Source: Octopus vulgaris
Taxonomy: Eukaryota
Length of the DNA stretch: 64,000 nt
Direction of reading: 5' to 3'
Assembly: GCA_951406725.2 (NCBI GenBank)
Contig: OX597815.1
Coordinates: 150,102,001 to 150,166,000 of the forward strand
Part shown: in pieces, positions 62,226 to 64,000 of the stretch
Position numbering within the stretch: the stretch's first letter is position 1
How the letters are laid out: every line of letters starts with the position of its first letter
Notes under the pieces: generated by a model
The model's input: only the letters and a program-made list of their open reading frames with translations
Database searches by the model: none
What the model was told of the DNA's origin: nothing
Translations under genes and position numbers: made by a program

Positions 62226-63947
62226 CGCAGCTCATTAAACAACAAAAGAAAAGAATAAATTCGAAAAGTAAGATGCCGTGATTCGACGGATGATTGAAAT
62301 GAAGGGGAAAAACAGGTGGGAATATAAAAATGAATAAAATAAAACCTAATCCTGCGCAATTAGATTTTTTTTCTGAATAAGTCATTTCAGTAAAAACAGG
62401 ATGTCACATAGTTAAAAGGAACTACGATAAATACCAATACACCCAAAAATGCCTGGGCCGTACACAGCTGAAACGAACTGAAAGCAACAATTAAGATGAG
62501 GTCACGACTAATATATAATTTTAGATTTAGTAAGTGTTTTCAATCTGTCATGAAAGAATAGGTTAAAATGTTAAAAAGCAATGAAACTGAAAATGGGAGT
62601 ACAGTAAATGTTTGAGGTTAAAGATGCGTAGCTAATACGTATTTCTAATTTTGGACTTGGTAACTTGATAAATAGTGAAAAAAAGAGCATAAAATAGAGA
62701 GGGTACAAACCAGGTTTCATTTATGTGCGTATGGATACGGGCGATATTTATGAGGACATGATTGGGTTAAGTCAAGTTTAGATAATTAACAATATGTTTT
62801 AAATGTATTATTAAATCTAGAAGAGAGCTGAAATTTAATATACAAAATAGATATTTTTAGAAAATAATGATAAATTAATTAGTATTTCGTTGCAATGCGT
62901 TAAGTAAGACATTGTTTTCAATTTGTTGTTTGTACGTAAACTAAATAAAGTTTACAATAAGTGTTATGAGTTAAGGGTTAGGCTGTAGGGGTAGGTTTGA
63001 GTCGAAAAACATTAGATATTAATGTTTGGTGGGATGATGAATTTATTAAGTTAGTAAAATAGATGAGAATGTACGAGTTATTTCTCGGTCTGTAGAACAG
63101 CTAAGTATTATATTAATGTTTGTTTGTATGTATACTCATATATAAAAGATGCCAAACATTAAATTGAAGTATTATAGAGTAATATATTCGTGTTTCATAG
63201 CCAAGGAAAGGGTTGGTAATTACATCGAAATTTCATCACACTGTTTTATGAAGACTTCTGAGACGAAATGTCGAAGTAAGTAATAGCACTTGCCTTGTAA
63301 AATTATATTTTTTTTTTTTTTTAAATACAGAATTCAATTTTCCCATCTTTCAATTCAATACGTTGGTGTGTCTGGGCAGAGTCATTCTCTTTCAGTGCCT
63401 TGTTATTTAACACACTCACCGGTTCAATTTCGACCCATTTACTTATTTATTTTTCCTAAAATTTTCGTTGTGCCTTGCAACTGTTTTAATGGTCGTTGAC
63501 TGCTCGTTATCCGAGCAGTCCGTTATCCGATAAAGGACAGAGTCAACGACTATTGAAAAGTTTGCAAGACACAACGAAAATTTTATAACAAAATAAATAA
63601 GTAAATGAGTGGAAGCTGAACTGGTGAGTGTGTTAAATAATAAGGCACTAAAAAGATTCTCCCCAGGCACAACAAAGTATGCTTCTACACAGAAACTCAC
63701 ATAAAGAATCTTACAAACCAAATCCAAGAACGAAATTTAATACTTGAAACTTTTTCATATAACTCTACATAGAGAGCAACAATGCTAAAGTAATAATGAT
63801 AATTATGATTAGGAGATAGTACATATGTCATATACATACATCTGCGTATATGCATGAGTATGTGCGTGCATGTGTGTAAGAAAGAGAGAAAGAGAGAGGG
63901 TAAAGAATATATATATATATACCCTCACCGTCTCCATTTCAATCTCT

Positions 63948-63983
<36 letters not shown>

Positions 63984-64000
63984 CTCTCTCTCTCCCTTAC

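Overview
AT-rich, microsatellite-saturated eukaryotic DNA. The SINE repertoire resembles that of coleoid cephalopods (Octopus-like; inferred). No host protein-coding gene can be supported. The window is a transposon landscape: two tRNA-headed SINE families, three CR1-clade LINE fragments, a decayed RTE LINE, mariner/Tc1 relics, MITEs, non-autonomous Helitrons and Penelope-type hammerhead-like motifs. The main feature is a ~17.7 kb minus-strand, head-to-tail array at ~37.5-55.1 kb. It contains one near-intact L1/Tx1-clade retrotransposon (ORF1 + APE-RT-zinc finger ORF2), followed with only 3-6 nt junctions by seven full ~1.7 kb units and one 5'-truncated unit. These units carry ONLY an ORF1-like CCHC zinc-knuckle gene, in three divergent families (order A, B, C, C, C, B-truncated, B, B). 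Every unit ends in the same 3' tail as the autonomous LINE (stem-loop + AATAAA), and that tail also ends some SINE copies in the window. Full units also carry a GGGG-loop hairpin at or just after the stop codon. The array abuts an older decayed ORF1 and lies between a Helitron 3' end and a Helitron 5' end. The best reading is a 'half-L1'/HeT-A-like system of ORF1-only passengers concatenated behind a Tx1 helper.
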